A stretch of DNA of 64,000 nt from Mustelus asterias (Eukaryota), in contig NC_135819.1 in assembly GCF_964213995.1 (NCBI RefSeq), positions 7,502,001 through 7,566,000 on the forward strand, read 5' to 3'. Below the pieces are notes generated by a model. The model saw nothing but the letters and a program-made list of their open reading frames with translations. It searched no databases and was not told the origin of the DNA. Below are positions 1 through 11,655 of the stretch, piece after piece. The first letter of the stretch is position 1. Every line of letters begins with the position of its first letter. Made by a program: the position numbers and the translations under genes.

Positions 1-3000
1 ATCGCTGTTACAGAGTGCGCAGTGTGTCCCCGATCGCTGTTACAGAGTGCGCAGTGTGTCCCCCCGATCGCTGTTACAGAGTGCGCAGTGTGTCCCCGAT
101 CGCTGTTACAGAGTGCGCAGTGTGTCCCCCCGATCGCTGTTACAGAGTGCGCAGTGTGTCCCCGATCGCTGTTACAGAGTGCGCAGTGTGTCCCCGATCG
201 CTGTTACAGAGTGCGCAGTGTCCCCCCGATCGCTGTTACAGAGTGCGCAGTGTCCCCCCGATCGCTGTCACAGAGTGCGCAGTGTCCCCCCGATCGCTGT
301 TACAGAGTGCGCAGTGTCCCCCCGATCGCTGTTACAGAGTGCACAGTGTGTCCCCGATCGCTGTTACAGAGTGCACAGTGTGTCCCCGATCGCTGTTACA
401 GAGTGCGCAGTGTGTCCCCGATCGCTGTTACAGAGTGCGCAGTGTGTCCCCGATCGCTGTTACAGAGTGCGCAGTGTGTCCCCCCGATCGCTGTTACAGA
501 GTGCGCAGTGTGTCCCCCCGATCGCTGTTACAGAGTGCGCATTGTGTCCCCCCGATCGCTGATACAGAGTGCGCAGTGTGTCCCCGATCGCTGTTACAGA
601 GTGCGCAGTGTGTCCCCGATCGCTGATACAGAGTGCGCAGTGTGTCCCGCCGATCGCTGTTACAGAGTACGCAGTGTGTCCCCGATCGCTGTTACAGAGT
701 GCGCAGTGTCCGCCCGATCGCTGTTACAGAGTGCGCAGTGTGTCCCCCCGATCGTTGATACAGAGTGCGCAGTGTGTCCCCGATCGCTGTTACAGAGTGC
801 GCAGTGTGTCCCCCCGATCGCTGTTACAGAGTGCGCAGTGTGTCCCCCCGATCGCTGTTACAGAGTGCACAGTGTCCGCCCGATCGCTGTTACAGAGTGC
901 GCAGTGTGTCCCCCCGATCACTGTTACAGAGTGCGCAGTGTGTCCCCGATCGCTGTTACAGAGTGCGCAGTGTGTCCCCGATCGCTGTTACAGAGTGCGC
1001 AGTGTCCCCCCGATCGCTGTTACAGAGTGCGCAGTGTCCCCCCGATCGCTGTTACAGAGTACGCAGTGTGTCCCCCCAATCGCTGATACAGAGTGCGCAG
1101 TGTCCCCCCGATCGCTGCTTCTGGGCGTTTAGCGTGTCTCCCCTGATCGCTGATACAGAGTGCGCAGTGTGTCCCCCCGATTGCTGATACAGAGTGCACA
1201 GTGTCCGCCCGATCGCTGTTACAGAGTGCGCAGTGTCCCCCCGATCACTGTTACAGAGTGCGCAGTGTGTCCCCGATCGCTGTTACAGAGTACGCAGTGT
1301 GTCCCCCCGATTGCTGATACAGAGTGCGCAGTGTGTCCCCCCGATCGCTGCTTCTGGGCGTTTAGCGTGTCTCCCCTGATCGCTGATACAGAGTGCGCAG
1401 TGTGTCCCCGATCGCTGTTACAGAGTGCGCAGTGTCCCCCCGATCGCTGTTACAGAGTGCGCAGTGTCCCCCCGATCGCTGTTACAGAGTGCGCAGTGTG
1501 TCCCCCCGATCGCTGTTACAGAGTGCGCAGTGTGTCCCCGATCGCTGTTACAGAGTACGCAGTGTGTCCCCCGATCGCTGATACAGAGTGCGCAGTGTGT
1601 CCCCCCGATCGCTGTTACAGAGTGCGCAGTGTGTCCCCCCGATCGCTGTTACAGAGTGCGCAGTGTGTCCCCCCGATCGCTGTTACAGAGTGCGCAGTGT
1701 GTCCCCGATCGCTGTTACAGAGTACGCAGTGTGTCCCCCGATCGCTGATACAGAGTGCGCAGTGTGTCCCCCCGATCGCTGATACAGAGTGCACAGTGTC
1801 CGCCCGATCGCTGTTACAGAGTGCGCAGTGTCCCCCCGATCACTGTTACAGAGTGCGCAGTGTGTCCCCGATCGCTGTTACAGAGTACGCAGGGTGTCCC
1901 CCCGATCGCTGATACAGAGTGCGCAGTGTGTCCCCCCGATCGCTGTTACAGAGTGCGCAGTGTGTCCCCCCGATCGCTGTTACAGAGTGCGCAGTGTCCC
2001 CACGATCGCTGTTACAGAGTGCGCAGTGTCCCCCCGATCGCTGTTACAGAGTGCGCAGTGTCCCCCCGATCGCTGTCACAGAGTGCGCAGTGTGTCCCCC
2101 CGATCGCTGTTACAGAGTGCGCAGTGTGTCCCCCCGATCGCTGTTACAGAGTGCGCAGTGTCCCCCCGATCGCTGTCACAGAGTGCGCAGTGTGTCCCCC
2201 CGATCGCTGTTACAGAGTGCGCAGTGTGTCCCCGATCGCTGTTACAGAGTGCGCAGTGTGTCCCCCCGATCGCTGTTACAGAGTGCGCAGTGTGTCCCCC
2301 TGATCGCTGTTACAGAGTGCGCAGTGTGTCCCCGATCGCTGTTACAGAGTGCGCAGTGTCCCCCCAATCGCTGTTACAGAGTGCGCAGTGTGTCCCCGAG
2401 CGCTGTTACAGAGTGCGCAGTGTGTCCCCCCGATCGCTGTTACAGAGTGCGCAGTGTGTCCCCCCGATCGCTGTTACAGAGTGCGCATTGTGTCCCCCCC
2501 CGATCGCTGTTACAGAGTGCGCAGTGTGTCCCCCCGATCGCTGTTACAGAGTGCGCAGTGTGTCCCCGATCGCTGTTACAGAGTGCGCAGTGTGTCCCCC
2601 CGATCGCTGTTACAGAGTGCGCAGTGTGTCCTCCCGATCGCTGTTACAGAGTGCGCAGTGTGTCCCCGAGCGCTGTTACAGAGTGCGCAATGTGTCCCCC
2701 CGATCGCTGTTACAGAGTGCGCAGTGTCTCCCCTGATCGCTGATACAGAGTGCGCAGTGTGTCCCCGATCGCTGTTACAGAGTGCGCATTGTGTCCCCCC
2801 GATCGCTGTTACAGAGTGCGCAGTGTCCCCCCGATCGCTGTTACAGAGTGCGCAGTGTCCCCCCGATCGCTGTTACAGAGTACGCAGTGTGTCCCCCCAA
2901 TCGCTGATACAGAGTGCGCAGTGTCCCCCCGATCGCTGCTTCTGGGCGTTTAGCGTGTCTCCCCTGATCGCTGATACAGAGTGCGCAGTGTGTCCCCCCG

Positions 3001-5610
3001 ATTGCTGATACAGAGTGCACAGTGTCCGCCCGATCGCTGTTACAGAGTGCGCAGTGTCCCCCCGATCACTGTTACAGAGTGCGCAGTGTGTCCCCGATCG
3101 CTGTTACAGAGTACGCAGTGTGTCCCCCCGATTGCTGATACAGAGTGCGCAGTGTGTCCCCCCGATCGCTGCTTCTGGGCGTTTAGCGTGTCTCCCCTGA
3201 TCGCTGATACAGAGTGCGCAGTGTGTCCCCGATCGCTGTTACAGAGTGCGCAGTGTCCCCCCGATCGCTGTTACAGAGTGCGCAGTGTCCCCCCGATCGC
3301 TGTTACAGAGTGCGCAGTGTGTCCCCCCGATCGCTGTTACAGAGTGCGCAGTGTGTCCCCGATCGCTGTTACAGAGTACGCAGTGTGTCCCCCGATCGCT
3401 GATACAGAGTGCGCAGTGTGTCCCCCCGATCGCTGTTACAGAGTGCGCAGTGTGTCCCCCCGATCGCTGTTACAGAGTGCGCAGTGTGTCCCCCCGATCG
3501 CTGTTACAGAGTGCGCAGTGTGTCCCCGATCGCTGTTACAGAGTACGCAGTGTGTCCCCCGATCGCTGATACAGAGTGCGCAGTGTGTCCCCCCGATCGC
3601 TGATACAGAGTGCACAGTGTCCGCCCGATCGCTGTTACAGAGTGCGCAGTGTCCCCCCGATCACTGTTACAGAGTGCGCAGTGTGTCCCCGATCGCTGTT
3701 ACAGAGTACGCAGTGTGTCCCCCCGATCGCTGATACAGAGTGCGCAGTGTGTCCCCCCGATCGCTGTTACAGAGTGCGCAGTGTGTCCCCCCGATCGCTG
3801 TTACAGAGTGCGCAGTGTCCCCACGATCGCTGTTACAGAGTGCGCAGTGTCCCCCCGATCGCTGTTACAGAGTGCGCAGTGTCCCCCCGATCGCTGTCAC
3901 AGAGTGCGCAGTGTGTCCCCCCGATCGCTGTTACAGAGTGCGCAGTGTGTCCCCCCGATCGCTGTTACAGAGTGCGCAGTGTCCCCCCGATCGCTGTCAC
4001 AGAGTGCGCAGTGTGTCCCCCCGATCGCTGTTACAGAGTGCGCAGTGTGTCCCCGATCGCTGTTACAGAGTGCGCAGTGTGTCCCCCCGATCGCTGTTAC
4101 AGAGTGCGCAGTGTGTCCCCCTGATCGCTGTTACAGAGTGCGCAGTGTGTCCCCGATCGCTGTTACAGAGTGCGCAGTGTCCCCCCAATCGCTGTTACAG
4201 AGTGCGCAGTGTGTCCCCGAGCGCTGTTACAGAGTGCGCAGTGTGTCCCCCCGATCGCTGTTACAGAGTGCGCAGTGTGTCCCCCCGATCGCTGTTACAG
4301 AGTGCGCATTGTGTCCCCCCCCGATCGCTGTTACAGAGTGCGCAGTGTGTCCCCCCGATCGCTGTTACAGAGTGCGCAGTGTGTCCCCGATCGCTGTTAC
4401 AGAGTGCGCAGTGTGTCCCCCCGATCGCTGTTACAGAGTGCGCAGTGTGTCCTCCCGATCGCTGTTACAGAGTGCGCAGTGTGTCCCCGAGCGCTGTTAC
4501 AGAGTGCGCAATGTGTCCCCCCGATCGCTGTTACAGAGTGCGCAGTGTCTCCCCTGATCGCTGATACAGAGTGCGCAGTGTGTCCCCGATCGCTGTTACA
4601 GAGTGCGCATTGTGTCCCCCCGATCGCTGTTACAGAGTGCGCAGTGTCCCCCCGATCGCTGTTACAGAGTGCGCAGTGTCCCCCCGATCGCTGTTACAGA
4701 GTGCGCAGTGTCCCCCCGATCGCTGTTACAGAGTGCGCAGTGTCCCCCGATCGCTGTTACAGAGTGCGCAGTGTGTCCCCCCGATCGCTGTTACAGAGTG
4801 CGCAGTGTGTCCCCCCGATCGCTGTTACAGAGTGCGCAGTGTCCCCCCAATCGCTGTTACAGAGTGCGCAGTGTCCCCCCGATCGCTGCTTCTGGGCGTT
4901 TAGCGTGTCTCCCCTGATCGCTGATACAGAGTGCGCAGTGTCCCCCCAATCGCTGTTACAGAGTGCGCAGTGTGTCCCCCCAATCGCTGTTACAGAGTGC
5001 GCAGTGTGTCCCCCCAATCGCTGTTACAGAGTGCGCAGTGTGTCCCCGATCGCTGTTACAGTGTGCGCAGTGTGTCCCCCGATCGCTGTTACAGAGTGCG
5101 CAGTGTGTCCCCCCGATCGCTGTTACAGAGTGCGCAGTGTCCCCCCGATCGCTGTTACAGAGTGCGCAGTGTGTCCCCCCAATCGCTGTTACAGAGTGCG
5201 CAGTGTGTCCCCCCGATCGCTGTTACAGAGTGCGCAGTGTCCCCCGCGATCGCTGTTACAGAGTGCGCAGTGTCCCCCCGATCGCTGTTACAGAGTGCGC
5301 AGTGTGTCCCCGATCGCTGTTACAGAGTGCGCAGTGTCCCCCCGATCGCTGTTACAGAGTGCGCAGTGTCCCCCCGATCGCTGTTACAGAGTGCGCAGTG
5401 TGTCCCCCCAATCGCTGTTACAGAGTGCGCAGTGTCCCCCCGATCGCTGTTACAGAGTGCGCAGTGTCCCCCGCGATCGCTGTTACAGAGTGCGCAGTGT
5501 CCCCCCGATCGCTGTTACAGAGTGCGCAGTGTGTCCCCGATCGCTGTTACAGAATGCGCAGTGTGTCCCCGATCGCTGTTACAGAGTGCGCAGTGTGTCC
5601 CCGATCGCTG
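1..5610. repeat. Tandem satellite, 32-34 bp monomer (cgatcgctgttacagagtgcgcagtgtgtcccc(cc)) with an 1821-bp higher-order duplication
   Basis: The monomer is directly visible. Near-identical ORF translations recur at +1821 (1160/2981, 1789/3610, 1919/3740). The array runs off the window start. Confidence 0.97.
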
Positions 5611-6366
5611 CTTCAGGGCGTACAGCGTGTCTACCCTACAATTGGCGTGCTCCTCCAGGGCCCCATCCTCTTTGCACCACCTGGTGGGCACTGTCAGTGT
5701 AACGGACCAGCAGTACCATAGAGCCCAATGGGCACTGCCGGAATGTCAGATGGGCAGTGGCAAATTGGCACTGTCCAAGAGGCAGCCCCCTGTGTTCCTG
5801 ACCTCCTAGGAGAGCCTCGATGGCCTCTGGTCCTCCTGGCGAGGCAATGACTTCTGGTCTCCTTGATGGTGACCATATGTCATCCTCGCCGGAGAGTACA
5901 TTGACCGGTGAAGCCGCAGAGGCCAGTGAGCTCAGATGACTGCGGCCGGGGCTCTTTCGTCATATTTAAATTCTCCTTTGAATAGTATTTTAATGTTGAG
6001 ATCAGTCTCATGTCTTTTTCAGGTGTGAGACTTTCTGCCTCCGGATATCCGGTTCCGGTAAGACCGCAAAAGGCGGGAAATCTCTCGTGTTCTTATCGGC
6101 TCGCTGTACCCATTGGCCGATCGGGCGAAATGGTAAGATCGTGGTCTCTGTATTTGACTTAAACACCCTGAACTCTGCTGAGTTAAATTCAGAAGCAAAC
6201 ACCCCTTTAATTCGACTATGTTCAGATTTTCTCCACAAGACTTTACCGTCAGATTACAACAAGCATCCTCTGTTGCAACAGGGGAAGAATTTCATAGACT
6301 TCTCCCTCTCTCACTCAGTACTGGAAAAACCAGTCCCATCAAAACCTTGCAGATACAACAATTGTG

Positions 6367-6687
6367 TTTTTTTTATACTTTTCCAATTCAATCAAATCAA
6401 GTCCAATTCAGAGTCTCAACCAGTTGAGACATTTCCGATCCAGGCTGACAAGACAGGGTCTGCGACCCTTTACCCTGTCTTGGGCCTGATCTACATGAGC
6501 CAAGCTGATTGGAGTCGGCGGAGGTTTCCTCCTTCAAGGTTTGATCTCATTTGCATCTTAGCCAAAAGGCCGAGATGCTGCTTTTAAAAATTGCTTCATA
6601 TGAAAATGAAGCTTAAATGCAACCCAATGACCTCAACCAAGTGCAGCATCCGCATAACTACACTTGATCTCAGCCAAAAGGCCGAGA
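6367..6687 (-). mobile_element. Retroposed chimeric element with a U2 snRNA 5' head and short poly(A) tail (Keno/Tx1-related or SINEU-like)
   Basis: 6657-6687 is the reverse complement of U2 nt 7-37 (1 mismatch). A second U2 nt 7-27 copy lies at 6555-6575. T8 at 6367-6374. Flanking direct repeat tacaacaattgtgtt at 6354-6368 and 6688-6702. Confidence 0.8.
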
Positions 6688-6736
6688 TACAACAATTGTG
6701 TTGTTGTATCTGCAAGTGGCTGCCAACAGCTTTCTT

Positions 6737-7420
6737 GATGTGGAGATGCCGGCGTTGGACTGGGGTAAACACAGTAAGAAGTTGAACAACACCAGGTTAA
6801 AGTCCAACAGGTTTATTTGGTAGCAAAAGCCACACAAGCTTTCGAAGCTCTAAGCCCCTTCTTCAGGTGAGTGGGAATTCTGTTCACAAACAGAGCTTAT
6901 AAAGACACAGACTCAATTTACATGAATAATGGTTGGAATGCGAATACTTACAACTAATCAAGTCTTTAAGAAACAAAACAATGGGAGTGGAGAGAGCATC
7001 AAGACAGGCTGAAAAGATGTGTATTGTCTCCAGACAAGACAGCCAGTGAAACTCTGCAGGTCCACGCAACTGTGGGAGTTACAAATAGTGTGACATGAAC
7101 CCAATATCCCGGTTGAGGCCGTCCTCGTGTGTGCGGAACTTGGCTATCAGTTTCTGCTCAGCGACTCTGCGCTGTCGTGTGTCGCGAAGGCCGCCTTGGA
7201 GAACGCTTACCCGAATATCAGAGGCCGAATGCCCGTGACCGCTGAAGTGCTCCCCAACAGGTAGAGAACAGTCTTGCCTGGTGATTGTCGAGCGGTGTTC
7301 ATTCATCCGTTGTCGCAGCGTCTGCATAGTTTCCCCAATGTACCATGCCTCGGGACATCCTTTCTTGCAGCGTATCAGGTAGACAACGTTGGCCGAGTTG
7401 CAAGAGTATGTACCGTACTA
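6737..7420 (-). mobile_element. Penelope-like element, 5'-truncated (GIY-YIG C-terminus plus pLTR/tail)
   Basis: ORF 7079..7327 matches the GIY-YIG end of ORF 24664..25791. 12-bp TSD aacagctttctt at 6725-6736 and 7421-7432. Confidence 0.85.
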
Positions 7421-7484
7421 AACAGCTTTCTTCACAGCACAGTTCAGCGCACATGCTCTTCAGGATCTCATGGCCACTCCTACT

Positions 7485-7588
7485 CAGTAAGAAGTTTAAC
7501 AACACCAGGTTAAAGTCCAACAGGTTTATTTGGTAGCAAAAGCCACACAAGCTTTCGGAGCTCTAAGCCCCTTCTTCAGGTGAGTGGG
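7485..7588 (-). mobile_element. Penelope-like pLTR fragment
   Basis: Near-identical to 6772-6875 and 24375-24477. Confidence 0.8.
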
Positions 7589-7649
7589 CTCATGCAGCCT
7601 TCAATTTGCAGTCTAACTGTCTTCAGTCTAATTCAATTAGTCACCCCCT

Positions 7650-7687
<38 letters not shown>
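7650..7687. repeat. (CA)n microsatellite
   Basis: Directly visible. Confidence 0.95.
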
Positions 7688-7688
<1 letters not shown>

Positions 7689-8176
7689 GCCTGGTTCACA
7701 ATATATCACAGTGCTACTTGAAAAATATTGCAAAATATGATACTTCATCCCATTTACATTGTGTCTGAATAGGCCAGGCCAGGCCAGGCCATGCAACCAG
7801 TACGTCAAGTTATAAATAAATAATAATGGTTTTAACAAACTAGTCTTGACTAGTTTACCCAGAGAAACCCCGAAGAACCCCATTTTGACTCTGAACACAC
7901 AATGAAACAGAAACTGTGGATGTATAGATTTCTGCAAGCTGAAAAGAACAGGATGAGTGCAGAAATCCCCTAAATTCTTGTCAGTTGACAGTTGATTCTA
8001 CCGGAAGGGTTGGTAGATGCTGTTTGAAGTGACGCTACTCAACTCAAGCTCTCAATTGCTCCGTGAATAAATTGATGTAATGCCAGGGAAGTACTGTAGC
8101 TTTAGTCAAATACTCTAAAGGTTTGAGCTTTTAGGGTTATTGTGGATCCAGAGCACATCTTTTTTGAAATTCAATC

Positions 8177-8243
8177 ATGATGGATTTTCGACTAATTTCA
8201 CCGGTTGAGTGCCTGTGGCTTTTCACATTTTCCATTGTAACAG
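8177..8243 (+). CDS. ICAM/VCAM-like gene, candidate signal-peptide exon (MMDFRLISPVECLWLFTFSIVT)
   Basis: ATG at 8177, 22 codons + 1 nt, donor gtgggt. Phase 1 joins the next exon to give ...FSIVTAIVTG-FEIRI, a plausible cleavable leader. Confidence 0.65.
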
Positions 8244-8387
8244 GTGGGTGTGACTATGATTCTATAAAGAGCTTTTAAATATAAGAAAATTTTATTTATT
8301 TTCAGAGCCTCAAATAGTATGAAATGGTATTTGCATCAACACAGTTGAAATGATACTTGTTGGTTTTATTCTGCAATCAACCATTAC

Positions 8388-8690
8388 AGGTCGGGGAGTC
8401 CAAAACTCGGGGTCATAGTTTGAGGATAAGGGGTAAATCTTTTAGAACTGAGGGGAGGAGAAATTTCTTCACCCAGAGGGTGGTGAACGTGTGGAATTCA
8501 CTCCCACAGAAAGTAGTTGGAGACAAAATGTTGTGTGATTTCAAGAAGGAAGTCGATTTCGCTCTTGGGGCTAAAGGGATATGGAGGGAAAGGGGGGGAT
8601 CAGGATGTTGAATTTAATGATTAGCCATGATCAGAATGAATGAAGGAGCAGGTTCAAAGGGCCGCGTGGCCTACTTCTGCTTCCATTTGT
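8388..8690 (+). mobile_element. CR1 LINE 3' fragment
   Basis: Encodes TRGHSLRI...FFTQRVVNVWNSLP. Confidence 0.85.
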
Positions 8691-9371
8691 TTTGATGTAC
8701 TGGGTTCCTGTCATACTGCAAGGTTTCAGTTTGATGACGGGAAATAGAAATTTAACTGATGGTGAAAAAGGTCGAAAAGAAATAAAAGCAGGCAGCTATT
8801 CAAGATATATGTGCATTCACAAGTGCACCTTAAATTAGTCCTACAGTCATTGGTAAACATATAACATTAGTTTGCCTTGTGATCCATGTGTCTGTTTCAC
8901 AATTACTGCGATCCCCTTCCGTGTTCACTGTTTTGTGTGCTGGGAAAAGGAAGAGATTTTCTAGACTATACCTTGCTTCAGGGTATATTTTCAACTTTCA
9001 GCCAGGATATATAACAGCCATTTGTAGATAAGTCATCAGTTAGACAACGGCCTTTCCTGTGTGACATTAACCTCTAAAAATAAGAAACCATACCAGCGTA
9101 AGTTCTGTTCTGCTGCAACAATATTAAGTGCACACAAGCCAGCCCACTTTTGCTTCCGACTGTTCTGTACTTGCATTTTCCTCACATGTGCTTAGTGCTT
9201 TTAAGGTGCAAACTCCTCTGTGGCCAGAGAGGTGAGTGGCTGCAGACATCCTGTTGCTTGCATTTCTAATCCTGGGCAACCTGATGTCCTCTGAGGAGAA
9301 AATTGAAGGCTATGTTGCTCTCCTGAGAGGGCCTTGGAAAGAAAGGAAGACCTATGTTTAGATATATCAGG

Positions 9372-9490
9372 ACACCAGGTTAAAGTCCAACAGGTTTATT
9401 TGGTAGCAAATAAACCTGTTGGACTTTAACCTGGTGTTGTGAGACTTCTTACTGTGTCCACCCCAGTCCAACGCCGGCATCTCCACATCA
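9372..9490. mobile_element. 119-bp fold-back Penelope-like mini-insertion
   Basis: 31-bp perfect stem of pLTR sequence plus tail. 12-bp TSD agatatatcagg at 9360-9371 and 9491-9502. Confidence 0.85.
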
Positions 9491-9649
9491 AGATATATCA
9501 GGGCCAGGTACATTGGAGTGTGAGTGGCAGGTTGGTATCCTCTTCCCTACATCTGGTAAAATGATATTCTCCACACCAATGAATGAAGGGAAGCACTCAA
9601 CCTGGACTTTTTATGAGTAATTTCAAATGGTTCCACATGAAATGATGGC

Positions 9650-11230
9650 AGAAGTTGATCACAGTTAATCAGCATGGATTTGTTCATGGAAGGTTGAATC
9701 TGACCAAGTTAATTGAATTTTTTTAAGAAATGTCAATGAAGGTAGAGTGCTTGATGAGGTCTACGTGGCTTTAAGCAAGGTTTTCGAAGAGTCCTCACAC
9801 GGCAGCTTGGTCAGAAAAGTAAAAGCCAATGGGATTTAAGGAAAAGTGGAAGATTGGGGTGGCATGTTGGCACTGCGGTTAGCACTGCTGCCTCACAGCG
9901 TCAGGGACCCGGGGGGGGTTCAATTCCGCCGTTGGGTCACTGTCTGTGCACATTCTCCCCATGTCTGCATGGGTTTCCTCTGGTTGCTCCAGTTTCCTCC
10001 CATAGTCCAACAATGAGTGGGTTAGGTGGATTGGCCGTGCTAAATTAACTCTAGTGCCAGGGGGATTAGCAGGGTAAATGTGTGGGGTTACGGGAATAGG
10101 GCCTGGGTGGGATTGTGGTCGGTGCCGACTCGATGGGCCGAATGGTCTCCTTCTGCACTGTAGAGATTCTATGAAAGAAAATTCTATAAAAATGTGGTCA
10201 GTGGCAGGAAGCAAAGCGTATCAGCCAGAGGGTGTTTTTGTGACAGGAAAGCAGTTTACAGTGAGATGTAAAGAACTCAGTAAAAGACACCTTGCTTCTC
10301 CATGGCATATGTCAACGTTTTAGAATTAAATATAGGGGACATGATTACAATTTTGCAGGTGATGAAAAAATTGGCTGTGCGGTCGATAATAAGGAAGAAA
10401 GCTGTAGACTGCAGGGAGAGATCAAGGGGCTGGTCAGGTGGGTAGAATTCAACCCAGAGGAGTGTGAGGGAGGATTTAGGGAGGATGCGTAAGGCCAGAG
10501 GAGACTAAGTAATAATGTTTGGATAGTTAGAAGTTAAAGGAGTGGAAAAACTTGGAGTACATGTCCACAAACACTGAAGGTAGCAGTTAGGTAGACAAGG
10601 TGACAAGAAGACATAAAGAATACTTTTCCTTTTCAGCCAAAAAATTGCTGATAAGAGCAGATATGCTACAACTGTATAAAACACTGGCTATGACTCAGTT
10701 AAAGTACTGCACACAGTCCTGATCACAGCGGTTCAAACAGGATGTGGAAACAACAGAGAGGGTGTGAAAAGACTTCCAAGCATGTCGTCCGGACAGGAGA
10801 ATTTTAACTATCAGAAAAGACCAGATAGGCTGGGATTGTTTCTTTGGAATAAAGCAGCTGTGGGAAGATTGAGGTGTGTAAAATTATGAGGGGCCTGGAT
10901 AGAGTGACTCTGAAGGACTTATTTTCTCTTAGCAGGGAGGTCAATAGGCAGGGACGCCGATTTAAAGCGATATGGAGAAGGATTAAAGAGGAATTGTGGT
11001 GGGATCTTTTCACTAAGTGGGCAGTGGTGGGGGCCTGGAACTCACTGCCTGCAGGGTGGTAAAGGCAGAAACCTCAACACATTTAAAAACCACTTGGGTA
11101 TGCTCTTGAATTGCTGAAATTGGCAGGTCTACCCAGCAGGGTCAGGCTGGATAGCTCTATTTTAATGTGAGCAGACTTGATGGGCTGAATAGCCTCATTC
11201 TGTGCTGTACATTTCCATGATTCTATGAAT
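9650..11230 (+). mobile_element. Old degenerate CR1 RT/3' region, interrupted by a SINE
   Basis: Remnants of the QHGF, FA.D.KIG and WNSLP motifs, with a ttctatg tail at ~11220. Confidence 0.7.
9858..10173 (+). mobile_element. tRNA-derived SINE with CR1-type tail (HE1-like)
   Basis: A/B-box-like head (ggttagcactgctgcctcacag...ggttcaattcc) and tail gattctatg. Same family as 12591, 27148 and 34918. Confidence 0.85.
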
Positions 11231-11379
11231 TTCACATAATCAGTGCCTTGTTTTAGAGAGAGGCCTGCTTAATTGGGTAGTTAGAAAATGTGCTTTTCCC
11301 TTGAGGAGTTACCCTCAATAAGTGCAACACTGAATGGGATCAATATCCATGGATTTACTGTGATTTGTTTCCTTGGCAG

Positions 11380-11655
11380 CTATTGTAACTGGATTTGAGA
11401 TCAGAATCAACACAGACCCCTCAGCTGTGGAATTTGGAGATTCTTTAGAGGTGAACTGTACTACCACATGTACAGACCCAATAATCAATGTGGAATATAA
11501 ACCAGGGACACAGCATCACAGAACAACTGGCAGTAATTGGTTCACAGACTATTTCCCGACTGTCCACACATGGGATTTTGCAGCACCATGCACTGTGACC
11601 TGTAAATCGGAGAGTTCTCAGCTGAAGGAGGAGAAAATGGTGGTCACGGTATACA
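11380..11655 (+). CDS. ICAM/VCAM-like gene, Ig domain 1 exon
   Basis: Acceptor ttccttggcag, donor gtaagt, 276 nt, phase 1-1. Four-cysteine D1 pattern CTTTC...CTVTC. The Glu in PIINVEY lies at the position of the ICAM (G)IET integrin-binding motif. Confidence 0.88.

Noticed and set aside
1-5610. CRISPR-like periodicity (also at 29.1-29.9 kb and 61.6-64 kb)
   Set aside because: Head-to-tail repeats without unique spacers, no cas genes, vertebrate context.
15-5809. Long Cys/Pro-rich ORFs in all three + frames
   Set aside because: Artefact of a stop-poor 32-34 bp satellite; no coding evidence.
6030-6140. Possible promoter or first non-coding exon (CpG-rich, NF-kB-like gggaaatctc, CCAAT, gtaag donors)
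   Set aside because: Short motifs only; no way to tie them to the gene from sequence alone.
6555-6687. Functional U2 snRNA gene
   Set aside because: Only nt 7-37 are present, with no Sm site or 3' domain.
9186-9231. Alternative leader exon MCLVLLRCKLLCGQR with phase-1 donor gtgagt
   Set aside because: Weaker signal peptide than the 8177 candidate. Not excluded, but unsupported without transcripts.
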